DNA of 64,000 bases. Source: Waddliaceae bacterium. GTDB taxonomy: Bacteria; Chlamydiota; Chlamydiia; Chlamydiales; SLFE01. The notes beneath the pieces are model-generated. The model saw only the letters and a program-made list of their open reading frames with translations, was not told where the DNA came from and made no database searches. The translations under genes and the position numbers were made by a program. This document shows positions 9,804 through 20,635 of this stretch, in pieces; positions within the stretch are counted from its first letter, which is position 1; each line of letters opens with the position of its first letter. Location: NCBI GenBank assembly GCA_963771045.1, contig CAVYRW010000004.1, forward strand, positions 401,436 to 465,435. The letters are read 5' to 3'.

Positions 9804-10774
9804 TGTTCTCCTATCCTGAAGGCGCAACCCCCATTGATGATATCAGCGGTCTCAAGCCCCCTTGGGTTAAAACACAGCAAGACTTGAATATAGTCGAGGC
9901 TGAGAATATCTCCATTGCAATTAACAAATATTTATTAAAGTCGATTGATTTACCGCAGCGTTGGTTTAATGTATCTACATTAAAAAAAATTCATCGAGAT
10001 ATGCTGTTTGATGTATGGGAATGGGCTGGCAAGTTTCGCAACATCCAAACTAGTGTTGGAATTAAGCCATATCAGATCCCTGGCGCACTGGAGAATCTTT
10101 GTTCTGACGTTCAGTTTTGGTGTAGTGAGGCTTGTGAGTTAACGCTAGTGGAACAAGCGGCCAGAGTTCATCATCAACTTGTTTTGATTCACCCATATCC
10201 AAATGGCAACGGCAGATTTTCCAGGCTTGTTTCAGATCGTTATCTCAAAGCTTGGAAGTGTCCATTTCCTACCTGGCCAACAGAATTGAACAGAGATGGA
10301 CGATGTCGAAAATGTTATATTGCAGCATTGAAGGAAGCTGATGCAGGCGACCATGAAGCTTTGGTTCAGTATATGATAGAATATGGAGCTAAGGATCCTG
10401 AACTGAGTGAGTTGCTGGGGCATGCCTTTTTTAGGCGGAACTTTAAAGGAGAGCGCTTGGTCAGCCTTGTAAAGGCCTGCATCCGCCGAGGCTGTTGTGG
10501 TAATGAAGAAGAAAAAAGTGGTCACCAACCACTGAACATTGCGCTTCGCCATGATCTAAGGGAGGTGGCCTTACTGCTTATAAATAATGGTGCAGATTTT
10601 AAACGGAAAGATCGCTCTGGTCTTAACGGCTTTGAGTGGGCCTTGACTAAAGAACTCTATGATATTGCTCACGAAATGGTCAAACGAGGTTATCCCTATA
10701 CTCCTCGGCATCCTAATCCGCAACTGAAGGTTCCCTATCAGAACCTATACCATTTTGACCTATACTATTTTTAA
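9800..10774 (+). CDS. Fic-domain protein (mobile mystery protein B type) with C-terminal ankyrin-like repeats
   Basis: GATPIDD..GL N-terminus; WEWAGKFR; HPYPNGNGRFSR Fic motif; GHQPLNIALRHD..VALLLINNGAD ankyrin-like tail. Confidence 0.85.
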   Translation: MMFSYPEGATPIDDISGLKPPWVKTQQDLNIVEAENISIAINKYLLKSIDLPQRWFNVSTLKKIHRDMLFDVWEWAGKFRNIQTSVGIKPYQIPGALENLCSDVQFWCSEACELTLVEQAARVHHQLVLIHPYPNGNGRFSRLVSDRYLKAWKCPFPTWPTELNRDGRCRKCYIAALKEADAGDHEALVQYMIEYGAKDPELSELLGHAFFRRNFKGERLVSLVKACIRRGCCGNEEEKSGHQPLNIALRHDLREVALLLINNGADFKRKDRSGLNGFEWALTKELYDIAHEMVKRGYPYTPRHPNPQLKVPYQNLYHFDLYYF

Positions 10775-10777
10775 ACT

Positions 10778-10807
10778 AAAAAACAGAACCAACCGGTTCT
10801 GCTTTTT
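10778..10807. terminator. Bidirectional hairpin terminator, cassette-end type
   Basis: AAAAAACAGAACC-AACC-GGTTCTGCTTTTT directly after the Fic stop. Confidence 0.8.
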
Positions 10808-10815
10808 AGTCTGGA

Positions 10816-10850
10816 TGTAGGTGGAGAGACAAGTTCAGAACTTTTGATTG
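10816..10850. repeat. ssrA-derived att-like repeat b
   Basis: TGTAGGTGGAGAGA (1 mismatch) + CAAGTTCAGAACTTTTGATTG. Confidence 0.87.
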
Positions 10851-10897
10851 AAAAGAAGTGGAAATACCTTTAGAGTTTGGGGACATCTAGAGTTTTT

Positions 10898-12295
10898 GAG
10901 GATGTCCCGTTTTTAGTTGAAATTCGGTGACTCCATATACCAGTTTACGCAACCTTTGTTTTTATTTCACTCTGAATTCGGATTATCCTTTCCCTTACCT
11001 CTTCGATTGAAAAATATCCTTTAACTTTTCGAAATCTTTTTTCTGCATCCAAGAGGGTTGTCCCCAACCATCTTTGCGCCATTTTACCCTTTGTTTGAAT
11101 ACGAGTTATACGGCCCATACGCCGGCTTGTATTTGAGAACACTGATTCAATCGGATTTGTGGAATGCAGTGTCTTCCTCAAACGAGGAGGCACTTTTAAA
11201 CAATGCACCGTGAGGAGTTCTTCAAAACACTCACGGAGAGATTCCGCTGCAGATGGGTTGATTGTTTCAAGCCAACTCTCCAATTTCTTGAGTTCATTCT
11301 TAGCATCTTCATACTCAAGGCAATTTATTGCATTTCGGAAGCGATGATGCGCTTCTTTTCGATATTTTTTGGGAAGATGCTTTTGGATATTTCTGTCTTT
11401 ATGAATCGTACATCTTTGATGTATAAGTAATTTTCCAAACCTATCCTTCAGAGCCTTAATGATCCCTTTTCCTCCATCGGTTATAAAAAGTATTTTCTCA
11501 TCAAGCTTTAGTCCTCTGCGGTCGAGATTGTTCAACAGCTCTTGACAAATCACATTATTCTCAGTTGCACCTTCCCAAAAACCAAGAGAATGCTTATTTC
11601 CTTCAAGATCAATTGCCATTGCCACAATAAAAACTTTTCCTGCCAGATGATAACCATCAATGAGGATAGCGAAGGGAGAAAAACTGCTTAAATCTCTATC
11701 TTTTAATTCTTTAAGCTGTTTACTTGTCGCCGCTTTCAAATGCCGTGAAACAGAGGATTTAGAAATACCGAAGTGGTCAAGCAAACCGTCCAGCGCACCC
11801 TCATACTCCCTGCAAGAGATCCCCTTTAAAGCTTTTTCTAAGAGATCATCAGAAAATCTATCCTTATTATTTAGTTCCTGATATACAGAGAGTTGGACTT
11901 CCTTTTTATCCTTCCGCAAACGTGGCTTTTTTACTTTTAATTTTTCTCCTCCCACATAAACAGAACCCGCCTGGGATCCCCATTTCTCCCATCCGGGCAG
12001 TGGATCGTATTTAGGTCCGGCAAGCATTTCTCTTTCTGAAGAAAAAAGAAACTCGATCAAGCATTTCTTTAAGGAAATAAAAAACTGATCGAAATCGTCC
12101 TTAGCAGCTCCAATGAGATAAGCAATTTTCTCTTCGGGGCATGCAAATGAGAGAAGATCTGTTGATTTATTCTGTGATGTGCGACTATTCATCTTGTGGC
12201 TCCTTTGTTTTTTTGTTTTTTGTCAAAATTACATATTGACTATAGGAGCCACCTCTTTTCAAGATAAAATTTCAACTAATTTTGGGACATTCTCT
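10898..12295 (-). mobile_element. IS256-family element
   Basis: Imperfect IRs GAG(G/A)ATGTCCC..TTAGTTGAAATT; GAGTTTTT duplicated at 10890-10897 and 12296-12303 (end +/-1). Confidence 0.85.
10945..12192 (-). CDS. IS256/mutator transposase
   Basis: KGISCREY, ILIDG, FITDGGKG, QRCTIHKDRN, STNPIESVF. Confidence 0.93.
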   Translation of the reverse strand: MNSRTSQNKSTDLLSFACPEEKIAYLIGAAKDDFDQFFISLKKCLIEFLFSSEREMLAGPKYDPLPGWEKWGSQAGSVYVGGEKLKVKKPRLRKDKKEVQLSVYQELNNKDRFSDDLLEKALKGISCREYEGALDGLLDHFGISKSSVSRHLKAATSKQLKELKDRDLSSFSPFAILIDGYHLAGKVFIVAMAIDLEGNKHSLGFWEGATENNVICQELLNNLDRRGLKLDEKILFITDGGKGIIKALKDRFGKLLIHQRCTIHKDRNIQKHLPKKYRKEAHHRFRNAINCLEYEDAKNELKKLESWLETINPSAAESLRECFEELLTVHCLKVPPRLRKTLHSTNPIESVFSNTSRRMGRITRIQTKGKMAQRWLGTTLLDAEKRFRKVKGYFSIEEVRERIIRIQSEIKTKVA

Positions 12296-12371
12296 GAGTT
12301 TTTTGTTTTTAAGTTAGAAATTTAATGTAGATGTTTGGAAATATGGTTACGATTAGGTTATTTGCGCTGAT

Positions 12372-14021
12372 ATGATTCGATTTACTCCGAAAATATTTAC
12401 CATTCTAAAAGAGGGATATAGTCTTACTGATTTACGCTCTGATGCATTTGCAGGTTTAACAGTAGCAATTGTAGCGCTGCCGTTGGCGATGGCTCTCGGT
12501 ATAGCAAGTGGTGCATCCCCAGAGCAGGGAATTATTACAGCAATTGTTGCAGGCTTTATCATCTCTCTCCTGGGTGGTTCACGTGTACAAATAGGTGGAC
12601 CAACAGGTGCTTTTGTTGTCATTTTATCTAGTGTAATTAGTAATCATGGGTATGATGGATTGCTTGTAGCAACAATGCTGGCTGGAATTATCTTGGTGCT
12701 AGCAGGTTATGCTGGATTGGGACAACTTATCAAGTTCATTCCTCAGCCGGTTATAACAGGGTTTACATCTGGGATAGCTGTTATTATCGCATCAACACAA
12801 CTCAAGGATTTTTTTGGGTTACAGGCTGACCCTTTTTCTAGCAGTTTTCTAGAAAATTGGAGTGCTTATTTAAATGGAATAAGGTTCCCAGTTGTTTCAA
12901 TTGGCTTATTGGCTATAGTTACGATTTATATTATGCGTCAATTTATGCCTCGAATGCCCCGCTATTTGATAGCCTTAATTTTATGTTCGGCATCGGTGAT
13001 TTTACTAGGTCTAGATGTAGATACGATTGGTTCTCGTTTTCCAAATATTTCGCTAGGAATTCCTATTCCAAAATGGCCGGAAATGTCCTTTTACAAAGTA
13101 CAACAAGTGCTGCCTTCAGCATTTATCATTGCATTTCTAGCTGGAGTAGAAGCGTTGCTTTCGGCTGTTGTGGCTGATGGAATGACTGGATATAGACATC
13201 GTTCTAATCAGGAACTAGTTGGTCAAGGGATTGCAAATTTTTCGTCAGCTTTATTTGGCGGTATTCCTGCTACAGGGGCAATAGCGCGTACTGCAACGAA
13301 CATCACTGCAGGAGGTAAAACCCCTTTCTCTGGAATTTTTCATGCTTGTTTTCTCCTTCTTTTTATCTTATTTGCAGCCGAAACAATGAAATTTGTTCCA
13401 ATGTCTGCACTTGCGGCGATTCTTTTCTTTGTTGCTTGGGAAATGAGTGAGGCAAATCGATTTGTTCGTACAGTGAGGTTTCCCGGAAGCGATAGAATTC
13501 TTTTACTAATGACGTTCGCGCTAACAATATTTGTTGATTTAACCGTTGCAATTGGGGTAGGAGTTACACTAGCGTCGCTTTTGTTTGTAGCCCGTATGGC
13601 GAAATCTATTGAAATTTTTAGAGACATAAAAGAAGGTGTTAGCCTAAATCAAGAAAATGAAAATCAAAGAGATGAGTTGCCAAGGGGAGTAGAAGTGTTT
13701 TGGATTGCAGGCCCGATTTTCTTCGGAATTGCAAGTGATATTCCAGAGCTTTTAAAAAAAATTGGCGAGAATCCAAAGGTTTTAATTATCCGGATGCGAC
13801 TTGTTCCATTTCTTGATAAAACAGGTGCTTCGGCTTTAAATGATTTGGTCAAGCAGTGCGACCTTAGAGGTATAAATATAATTTTTTCAGCTTTACAAGG
13901 TCAGCCTAATAAAATTTTGACAAAGTTCCATCGTGATAAAAAGTGGAATTGTGTGTATTATGCGAATTCATATAAAGATGCATTGGTGCTTGCAAACGAT
14001 AAAATAAACTTAAGTAAATAG
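12372..14021 (+). CDS. sulP: SulP/SLC26 anion transporter with STAS domain
   Basis: GLTVAIVALPLAMALGIASG, GSRVQIGGPTGAF, ELVGQGIAN, GAIARTATN; C-terminal STAS. Confidence 0.93.
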   Translation: MIRFTPKIFTILKEGYSLTDLRSDAFAGLTVAIVALPLAMALGIASGASPEQGIITAIVAGFIISLLGGSRVQIGGPTGAFVVILSSVISNHGYDGLLVATMLAGIILVLAGYAGLGQLIKFIPQPVITGFTSGIAVIIASTQLKDFFGLQADPFSSSFLENWSAYLNGIRFPVVSIGLLAIVTIYIMRQFMPRMPRYLIALILCSASVILLGLDVDTIGSRFPNISLGIPIPKWPEMSFYKVQQVLPSAFIIAFLAGVEALLSAVVADGMTGYRHRSNQELVGQGIANFSSALFGGIPATGAIARTATNITAGGKTPFSGIFHACFLLLFILFAAETMKFVPMSALAAILFFVAWEMSEANRFVRTVRFPGSDRILLLMTFALTIFVDLTVAIGVGVTLASLLFVARMAKSIEIFRDIKEGVSLNQENENQRDELPRGVEVFWIAGPIFFGIASDIPELLKKIGENPKVLIIRMRLVPFLDKTGASALNDLVKQCDLRGINIIFSALQGQPNKILTKFHRDKKWNCVYYANSYKDALVLANDKINLSK

Positions 14022-14122
14022 TGAATATCAATGTAAAAAGAGAAGCCTGCCGAATTTGATTGACTAATTCAATGCCGATGTCACCTTACTATTATATTTT
14101 TAGAAACAAGCAGAGGTTATTT

Positions 14123-14473
14123 ATGACAGATTTACCTAAATGTACCAAGTGCGGTTCTGAATACACCTACGAAAATGGAGCTTTGTATATTTGCCCGGAG
14201 TGTGGTCATGAATGGGCTGTTAATGTCGAGGAGGAAAACGAGACGATACAGTCTGTTGTAAAGGATGCGCATGGAAACGTCCTTCAGGACGGCGATAGTG
14301 TAACGATTATCAAAGATATAAAGGTCAAGGGTTCGTCATCGGCTATTAAAGTCGGTATAAAAGTGAAAAATATACGTCTCGTGGATGAGGTCAACGGTCA
14401 CAACATTGAAGCGAAGGTTCCTGGTTTTGGAGCGATGTTGCTTAAATCTGAGATTGTTAAAAGATGTAATTAG
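14123..14473 (+). CDS. phnA: PhnA/YjdM zinc-ribbon protein
   Basis: [25 protein letters not shown]; [24 protein letters not shown]. Confidence 0.92.
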   Translation: MTDLPKCTKCGSEYTYENGALYICPECGHEWAVNVEEENETIQSVVKDAHGNVLQDGDSVTIIKDIKVKGSSSAIKVGIKVKNIRLVDEVNGHNIEAKVPGFGAMLLKSEIVKRCN

Positions 14474-14502
14474 CCACCAGCTTCCTTTGCATGCCTTAAT
14501 AT

Positions 14503-14535
14503 AAAAAAAACAGAACTTAATAGTTCTGTTTTTTT
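14503..14535. terminator. Bidirectional hairpin terminator, cassette-end type
   Basis: A8-CAGAAC-TTAATA-GTTCTG-T7 followed by TAGT-N5-TGAAGGT (degenerate att core). Confidence 0.75.
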
Positions 14536-14746
14536 AGTGCCGCTGAAGGTTTTCACCTCCGCGCACACTTTATTGAACGATAAAGGCTCGCAAATCGCTC
14601 CTCTTTTCAACGATCGTTCTTTGTTAAACCAAAAAGGTTTAGCTTCGTCGCGATGTAAGCGTAAGCGTCAATTAAACCCATCTTCTTTCTGATTTTCTTT
14701 CCGGTTATTCTTTCCTCAAAACTCGATAAAGAAGAGGAGGAAAGAT

Positions 14747-15064
14747 ATGCACAATGAACTATCGGATACAGCTTTGGTTTGGAAAGATAGAATCCAAGAT
14801 TGGCAGGCTAGCGGTAAGTCTTTAGCTCAGTGGAGCAGAGAAAATAATTTCGTCTATTCTCGCACCGTTTATTGGAAGGTGCGGTTCTTGGGATCTCAAA
14901 GCGAGAAACATTCATCTCCGAAAGGATTCTTGGAATTAAAGGATGAGAGTCGACCCGATGCCGGAATCATTATCGAAACGGCTGCAGGCCGCATCCATCT
15001 TTCAACTAACTTTGACCAATCTACGCTTGCTCGATGCCTGGAACTTTTAGGAAACCTATGCTGA
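14747..15064 (+). CDS. tnpA: IS66 TnpA
   Basis: WKDRIQDWQASGKSLAQWSRE HTH. Confidence 0.85.
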   Translation: MHNELSDTALVWKDRIQDWQASGKSLAQWSRENNFVYSRTVYWKVRFLGSQSEKHSSPKGFLELKDESRPDAGIIIETAAGRIHLSTNFDQSTLARCLELLGNLC

Positions 15065-15393
15065 CAATCACAGGAAATGCTCGTATTTTTGTCTTCGGCG
15101 AGCCGGTTAACATGAGAAAGAGTTTCGAGGGTTTATGCGCTATCGTAGAGCAATCCTTGGAAGAGCCGACATCAGGTGCTTTCTTTGTTTTTCTCAATCG
15201 CCAGCGCAATAAAATGAAAGTGCTCTACTGGGATAATGACGGTCTTGCGATCTGGTATAAGCGTCTTGAAAAAGGACGCTTTCCTCTTAAAGCTTCCGGA
15301 AAAATTGCCATGAACAGGAGGGATTTTTTCATGATGCTTGAAGGCATTATTCCCAAGCGGATCAGCACCCGATTTTTTCTCGAAAAAACTTAA
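15058..15393 (+). CDS. tnpB: IS66 TnpB
   Basis: PVNMRKSFEGL, FLNRQRNKMKVLYWDNDGLAIWYKRLEKGRF. Confidence 0.9.
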   Translation: MLTITGNARIFVFGEPVNMRKSFEGLCAIVEQSLEEPTSGAFFVFLNRQRNKMKVLYWDNDGLAIWYKRLEKGRFPLKASGKIAMNRRDFFMMLEGIIPKRISTRFFLEKT

Positions 15394-15437
15394 ATATTTC
15401 CTTTTTTTAGAGAGTGTTTTTTGGTAAAATATGGACT

Positions 15438-16991
15438 ATGAAAGCGATACAAAACCCTTCTATAGAACAGCTTCAGAAAGAAAATTCAGAACTCAAAAAT
15501 GAGATCAATTACTTCAAAGAACAACTGGAATGGTTCAAGCGCCAGATATTTGACAAACGCTCTGAAAAGATCATCCCCCAGAATGAAAATCAACTGGAAT
15601 TCGATGGCTTCGGTAATCTTCAAGGAGAATAAAAAGAAGAGAAAAAAACGGTTTCTTCCCATACAAGACGAAAGCTGAAAAGAAACGGAAAAGACAAAAT
15701 CACTCTACCCGAAGATATCCCAACGGAAGTTATTCCTGTCGACATTCCCGAAGAGGAGAAAGTATGCCCTGAAACAGGAAAACCTCTCGTAAAAATGGGG
15801 GAAGAGGTAACCTATAAGTTTGCTTGCAAGCCCACCAGCTATTACCTTAAAAAGTAAGTTCGTCCCAAGTACGTTTCTCCGGATCGTCCTGAGCATGGAG
15901 TTTCAATAGCGCCGCTTCCGGGTTTATTATTAGATCGTTGTTTTGCGGATGAAAGCCTGCTTGCAGACATTATGGTTAAGAAATACGCCGACCACTTGCC
16001 TCTATACCGCCAAAGTGAAATGCGCGCAAGGGAAGATGTTAGGATAAGCCGGCAAAACCTTTGCACATGGGTTGTAAAAGCGGGTCTCGCCTTAAAACCC
16101 TTGTATACATTAATGAAAACAAAAATTCTTGAAAGTGAAAATGCTTTTGCGGATGAAACTCCTGTCAAGATGCTGGATCCCGGAAGAGGAAAAACTAAAG
16201 AGTCTTATGTATGGGCGCTCGCTGGAGGAAAAACAAAAGATCCGCCTTATCGGATTTATCAATTTTTCGAAAACCGCAAGCATTGCAACGCGAAAGAACT
16301 TTTAAAAGGTTTCAAGGGGACTCTTCATTCCGATAAATATGGAGCTTATGAAACGCTGGCAAATATGAAGCAGTATACCTGGTGCCCCTGCATGGCGCAC
16401 ATTCGTCGTAAATTTTTCGATATCCAAAGCGGCGATAAAGAGTTTAAAGATTGGTTTTTAGCCCAAATTCAGGAGCTTTACAAGTATGAAAAAATCGCTT
16501 GGGAAAAATCCCCCGAAGAACGATTAAAAATACGGCGGGAAGATGAGGAGTCGATCATCAGCGAAATGATCAAACAGGCGAAAAAAAAGCTTCAAGACCA
16601 TAAAATTCTCCCAAAATCAAAACTAATGGCAGCGTTGAAGTATTTTTGCGGCCTTATTCCTCATCTTAAAAACTATATTAAAAATCCTTTTGCCCATCTT
16701 GATAACAATGTTGCCGAACGAGCAATACGTCCCTTGGCAATCGGTCGTAAAAACTGGCTCTTTTTTGGAAGCGCTAATGGAGGGGAAGCAGCAGGAATCA
16801 TATACTCCCTTATTCAAACATGCCGTGAACTTGGCATTAATCCCCACGAATATCTTGAAGATGTCATGCGCAGTTTAATGGATCACCCCGCAAACAAGCT
16901 GTACGAACTTCTCCCCGACCGCTGGGCTAAGGCAAAGGGGCTCTCGATCTCTAAAGAATCTGGAATAATTTTTCCAGATGGGCTTAAATGA
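15438..16991 (+). pseudogene. tnpC: IS66 TnpC with two nonsense mutations
   Basis: TAA at 15630-15632 and 15855-15857 where copy 2 has GAA and TAT. Confidence 0.9.
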
Positions 16992-17056
16992 CGCTTACGT
17001 CGCGATCGCGAAAATAGAAACAATTTGCGAGCCTTTCTCATTTCAAATAGTATGCT

Positions 17057-17097
17057 TGGAGGTGGAGAGACAAGTTCAGAACTTTTGATTGGTCAAA
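17057..17097. repeat. ssrA-derived att-like repeat c
   Basis: TAGT-N5-TGGAGGTGGAGAGA-CAAGTTCAGAACTTTTGATTGGTC. Confidence 0.9.
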
Positions 17098-18390
17098 CCT
17101 ATATAGGCGATTGGTTTTCCATGGCTTGAATCAATCGATGCAGTTGTCCCAATAGATAGAAAGGCAAAGAGAGCAGGGTGTATTGTACAGGTGAACCGTC
17201 GGAAGTTCTCACTTGTATTGGAGTTATTGAAGGATAATCAGAATTTATCCTAACAGCTAGGCTTCTTCCTTTAAGCTGCATGAATTGATGAAGCGACTTA
17301 AGAGTTCCTGTGCTACCGGCTTTCACTTCAACTGGAACAACTTTGTTTCCGTGCTGAATCACATAGTCAATCTCAGCATTTGCTCCCGAATCGGTACGTT
17401 GCCAATAGTTTAACGAAGGAGAAGCGTAGGGTGGGAATAAGGTTCTTAACTGCTGGCCAACTAGCTGTTCTGCTATGCCGCCGCTGTTGACTAAGTTTAG
17501 TTCGGATACTGACCTTAGCTGATGTAGAGAGAGTCCTAGTTCAGCGCTAGCCAGACCACAGTCCAGCAAAATGACTTTGAAGAATTTGTTTTTGATTTCT
17601 GCATTCAGAGGTAAACCATTTGCGGAGGTTGCAAATGCGCGATGACACACACGGGCTTTATCTAGTAAGTCGAGAGCTTGTTTAAGTGGGGGAGTATTAA
17701 CCTCTGAATTGGCGTGTGAGTAGATGAATTTTTTCCCAAGCTGGCGTGGTACTGAAGCTAAAAGGTCTTCTAGCCGGGCAGTTGATAGACGGCCTCGATA
17801 TTTAGCGAAGTCCTCACGGTAAGTAGCTAGTAGGTCGAAGTGAATCTGATTGAGTGCGTCGAGGTTTTCCTGAGAACTCCAGCATGAAACAGCGGCGGGC
17901 ATGCCACCAGTGACTAGGTACTTTTTTACAGCTGAGAAAAGCTGTGTATGAATGGCATCGGGAATGACTTTGTCTAGCTGATAAGCTTGCAGGAACTTTC
18001 GGAGCTCATGATGCCCAACTGCATCCAAAAACTCTTCGAATGATAGTGGCTCCAGATACATATAACCGATTCGTCCCACCGGCATGCTGAATTCATGCTC
18101 AGCCAGAGCGAAGTCCAATAGAGAGCCGGCAGCCACAACAGGGAGTTCCGGCATATCTTCTGCAAACCAACGCAGTTTAGCGAGCAGGTGAGGTGCGGCT
18201 TGTATTTCATCCAGGAATAATATGGTATTTGATGGTTCGACAACTTTTCCCTGAGATGCTGCAATATTGGCAATGATTTCTTTGGGTTCATTTGAGTTAA
18301 ACAAGGATTCAAGATTTGGTAGCTTCTCAAAGTTTAACTCAGTAAGTTGTCTATTTGCCGATGTAGCTAGGTCTCGAATGAGCGTAAGCG

Positions 18391-19944
18391 TCATTTAAGC
18401 CCATCTGGAAAAATTATTCCAGATTCTTTAGAGATCGAGAGCCCCTTTGCCTTAGCCCAGCGGTCGGGGAGAAGTTCGTACAGCTTGTTTGCGGGGTGAT
18501 CCATTAAACTGCGCATGACATCTTCAAGATATTCGTGGGGATTAATGCCAAGTTCACGGCATGTTTGAATAAGGGAGTATATGATTCCTGCTGCTTCCCC
18601 TCCATTAGCGCTTCCAAAAAAGAGCCAGTTTTTACGACCGATTGCCAAGGGACGTATTGCTCGTTCGGCAACATTGTTATCAAGATGGGCAAAAGGATTT
18701 TTAATATAGTTTTTAAGATGAGGAATAAGGCCGCAAAAATACTTCAACGCTGCCATTAGTTTTGATTTTGGGAGAATTTTATGGTCTTGAAGCTTTTTTT
18801 TCGCCTGTTTGATCATTTCGCTGATGATTGGCTCCTCATCTTCCCGCCGTATTTTTAATCGTTCTTCGGGGGATTTTCCCCAAGCGATTTTTTCATACTT
18901 GTAAAGCTCCTGAATTTGGGCTAAAAACCAATCTTTAAACTCTTTATCGCCGCTTTGGATATCGAAAAATTTACGACGAATGTGCGCCATGCAGGGGCAC
19001 CAGGTATACTGCTTCATATTTGCCAGCGTTTCATAAGCTCCATATTTATCGGAATGAAGAGTCCCCTTGAAACCTTTTAAAAGTTCTTTCGCGTTGCAAT
19101 GCTTGCGGTTTTCGAAAAATTGATAAATCCGATAAGGCGGATCTTTTGTTTTTCCTCCAGCGAGCGCCCATACATAAGACTCTTTAGTTTTTCCTCTTCC
19201 GGGATCCAGCATCTTGACAGGAGTTTCATCCGCAAAAGCATTTTCACTTTCAAGAATTTTTGTTTTCATTAATGTATACAAGGGTTTTAAGGCGAGACCC
19301 GCTTTTACAACCCATGTGCAAAGGTTTTGCCGGCTTATCCTAACATCTTCCCTTGCGCGCATTTCACTTTGACGGTATAGAGGCAAGTGGTCGGCGTATT
19401 TCTTAACCATAATGTCTGCAAGCAGGCTTTCATCCGCAAAACAACGATCTAATAATGAACCCGGAAGCGGCGCTATTGAAACTCCATGCTCAGGACGATC
19501 CGGAGAAACGTACTTGGGACGAACATACTTTTTAAGGTAATAGCTGGTGGGCTTGCAAGCAAGCTTATAGGTTACCTCTTCCCCCATTTTTACGAGAGGT
19601 TTTCCTGTTTCAGGGCATACTTTCTCCTCTTCGGGAATGTCGACAGGAATAACTTCCGTTGGGATATCTTCGGGTAGAGTGATTTTGTCTTTTCCGTTTC
19701 TTTTCAGCTTTCGTCTTGTATGGGAAGAAACCGTTTTTTTCTCTTCTTTTTCTTCTCCTTGAAGATTACCGAAGCCATCGAATTCCAGTTGATTTTCATT
19801 CTGGGGGATGATCTTTTCAGAGCGTTTGCCAAATATCTGGCGCTTGAACCATTCCAGTTGTTCTTTGAAGTAATTGATCTCATTTTTGAGTTCTGAATTT
19901 TCTTTCTGAAGCTGTTCTATAGAAGGGTTTTGTATCGCTTTCAT
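18391..19944 (-). CDS. tnpC: IS66 transposase TnpC
   Basis: FGKRSEK, KYADHLPLYRQ, ADETPV, CMAHIRRKF, DNNVAERAIRP. Confidence 0.93.
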   Translation of the reverse strand: MKAIQNPSIEQLQKENSELKNEINYFKEQLEWFKRQIFGKRSEKIIPQNENQLEFDGFGNLQGEEKEEKKTVSSHTRRKLKRNGKDKITLPEDIPTEVIPVDIPEEEKVCPETGKPLVKMGEEVTYKLACKPTSYYLKKYVRPKYVSPDRPEHGVSIAPLPGSLLDRCFADESLLADIMVKKYADHLPLYRQSEMRAREDVRISRQNLCTWVVKAGLALKPLYTLMKTKILESENAFADETPVKMLDPGRGKTKESYVWALAGGKTKDPPYRIYQFFENRKHCNAKELLKGFKGTLHSDKYGAYETLANMKQYTWCPCMAHIRRKFFDIQSGDKEFKDWFLAQIQELYKYEKIAWGKSPEERLKIRREDEEPIISEMIKQAKKKLQDHKILPKSKLMAALKYFCGLIPHLKNYIKNPFAHLDNNVAERAIRPLAIGRKNWLFFGSANGGEAAGIIYSLIQTCRELGINPHEYLEDVMRSLMDHPANKLYELLPDRWAKAKGLSISKESGIIFPDGLK

Positions 19945-19988
19945 AGTCCATATTTTACCAAAAAACACTCTCTAAAAAAAGGAAATAT

Positions 19989-20324
19989 TTAAGTTTTTTC
20001 GAGAAAAAATCGGGTGCTGATCCGCTTGGGAATAATGCCTTCAAGCATCATGAAAAAATCCCTCCTGTTCATGGCAATTTTTCCGGAAGCTTTAAGAGGA
20101 AAGCGTCCTTTTTCAAGACGCTTATACCAGATCGCAAGACCGTCATTATCCCAGTAGAGCACTTTCATTTTATTGCGCTGGCGATTGAGAAAAACAAAGA
20201 AAGCACCTGATGTCGGCTCTTCCAAGGATTGCTCTACGATAGCGCATAAACCCTCGAAACTCTTTCTCATGTTAACCGGCTCGCCGAAGACAAAAATACG
20301 AGCATTTCCTGTGATTGTCAGCAT
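19989..20324 (-). CDS. tnpB: IS66 TnpB
   Basis: Identical protein to copy 1. Confidence 0.9.
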   Translation of the reverse strand: MLTITGNARIFVFGEPVNMRKSFEGLCAIVEQSLEEPTSGAFFVFLNRQRNKMKVLYWDNDGLAIWYKRLEKGRFPLKASGKIAMNRRDFFMMLEGIIPKRISTRFFLEKT

Positions 20325-20635
20325 AGGTTTCCTAAAAGTTCCAGGCATCGAGCAAGCGTAGATTGGTCAAAGTTAGTTGAAAGATGGATGCGGCCTGCAG
20401 CCGTTTCGATAATGATTCCGGCATCGGGTCGACTCTCATCCTTTAATTCCAAGAATCCTTTCGGAGATGAATGTTTCTCGCTTTGAGATCCCAAGAACCG
20501 CACCTTCCAATAAACGGTGCGAGAATAGACGAAATTATTTTCTCTGCTCCACTGAGCTAAAGACTTACCGCTAGCCTGCCAATCTTGGATTCTATCTTTC
20601 CAAACCAAAGCTGTATCCGATAGTTCATTGTGCAT
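20318..20635 (-). CDS. tnpA: IS66 TnpA
   Basis: Identical protein to copy 1. Confidence 0.85.
   Translation of the reverse strand: MHNELSDTALVWKDRIQDWQASGKSLAQWSRENNFVYSRTVYWKVRFLGSQSEKHSSPKGFLELKDESRPDAGIIIETAAGRIHLSTNFDQSTLARCLELLGNLC

Larger units (their letters stand above)
14661..16998 (+). mobile_element. IS66-family element, copy 1 (2338 bp)
   Basis: GTAAGCGTCA..TGACGCTTAC ends; 8-bp duplication GTCGCGAT (14647-14654, 16999-17006); extra GTAAGC at 14655-14660. Confidence 0.95.
14582..17036. repeat. ~100-bp palindromic element split by IS66 copy 1
   Basis: AAAGGCTCGCAAAT (14582) / ATTTGCGAGCCTTT (17023-17036), imperfect IR extending ~33 bp. Confidence 0.55.
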
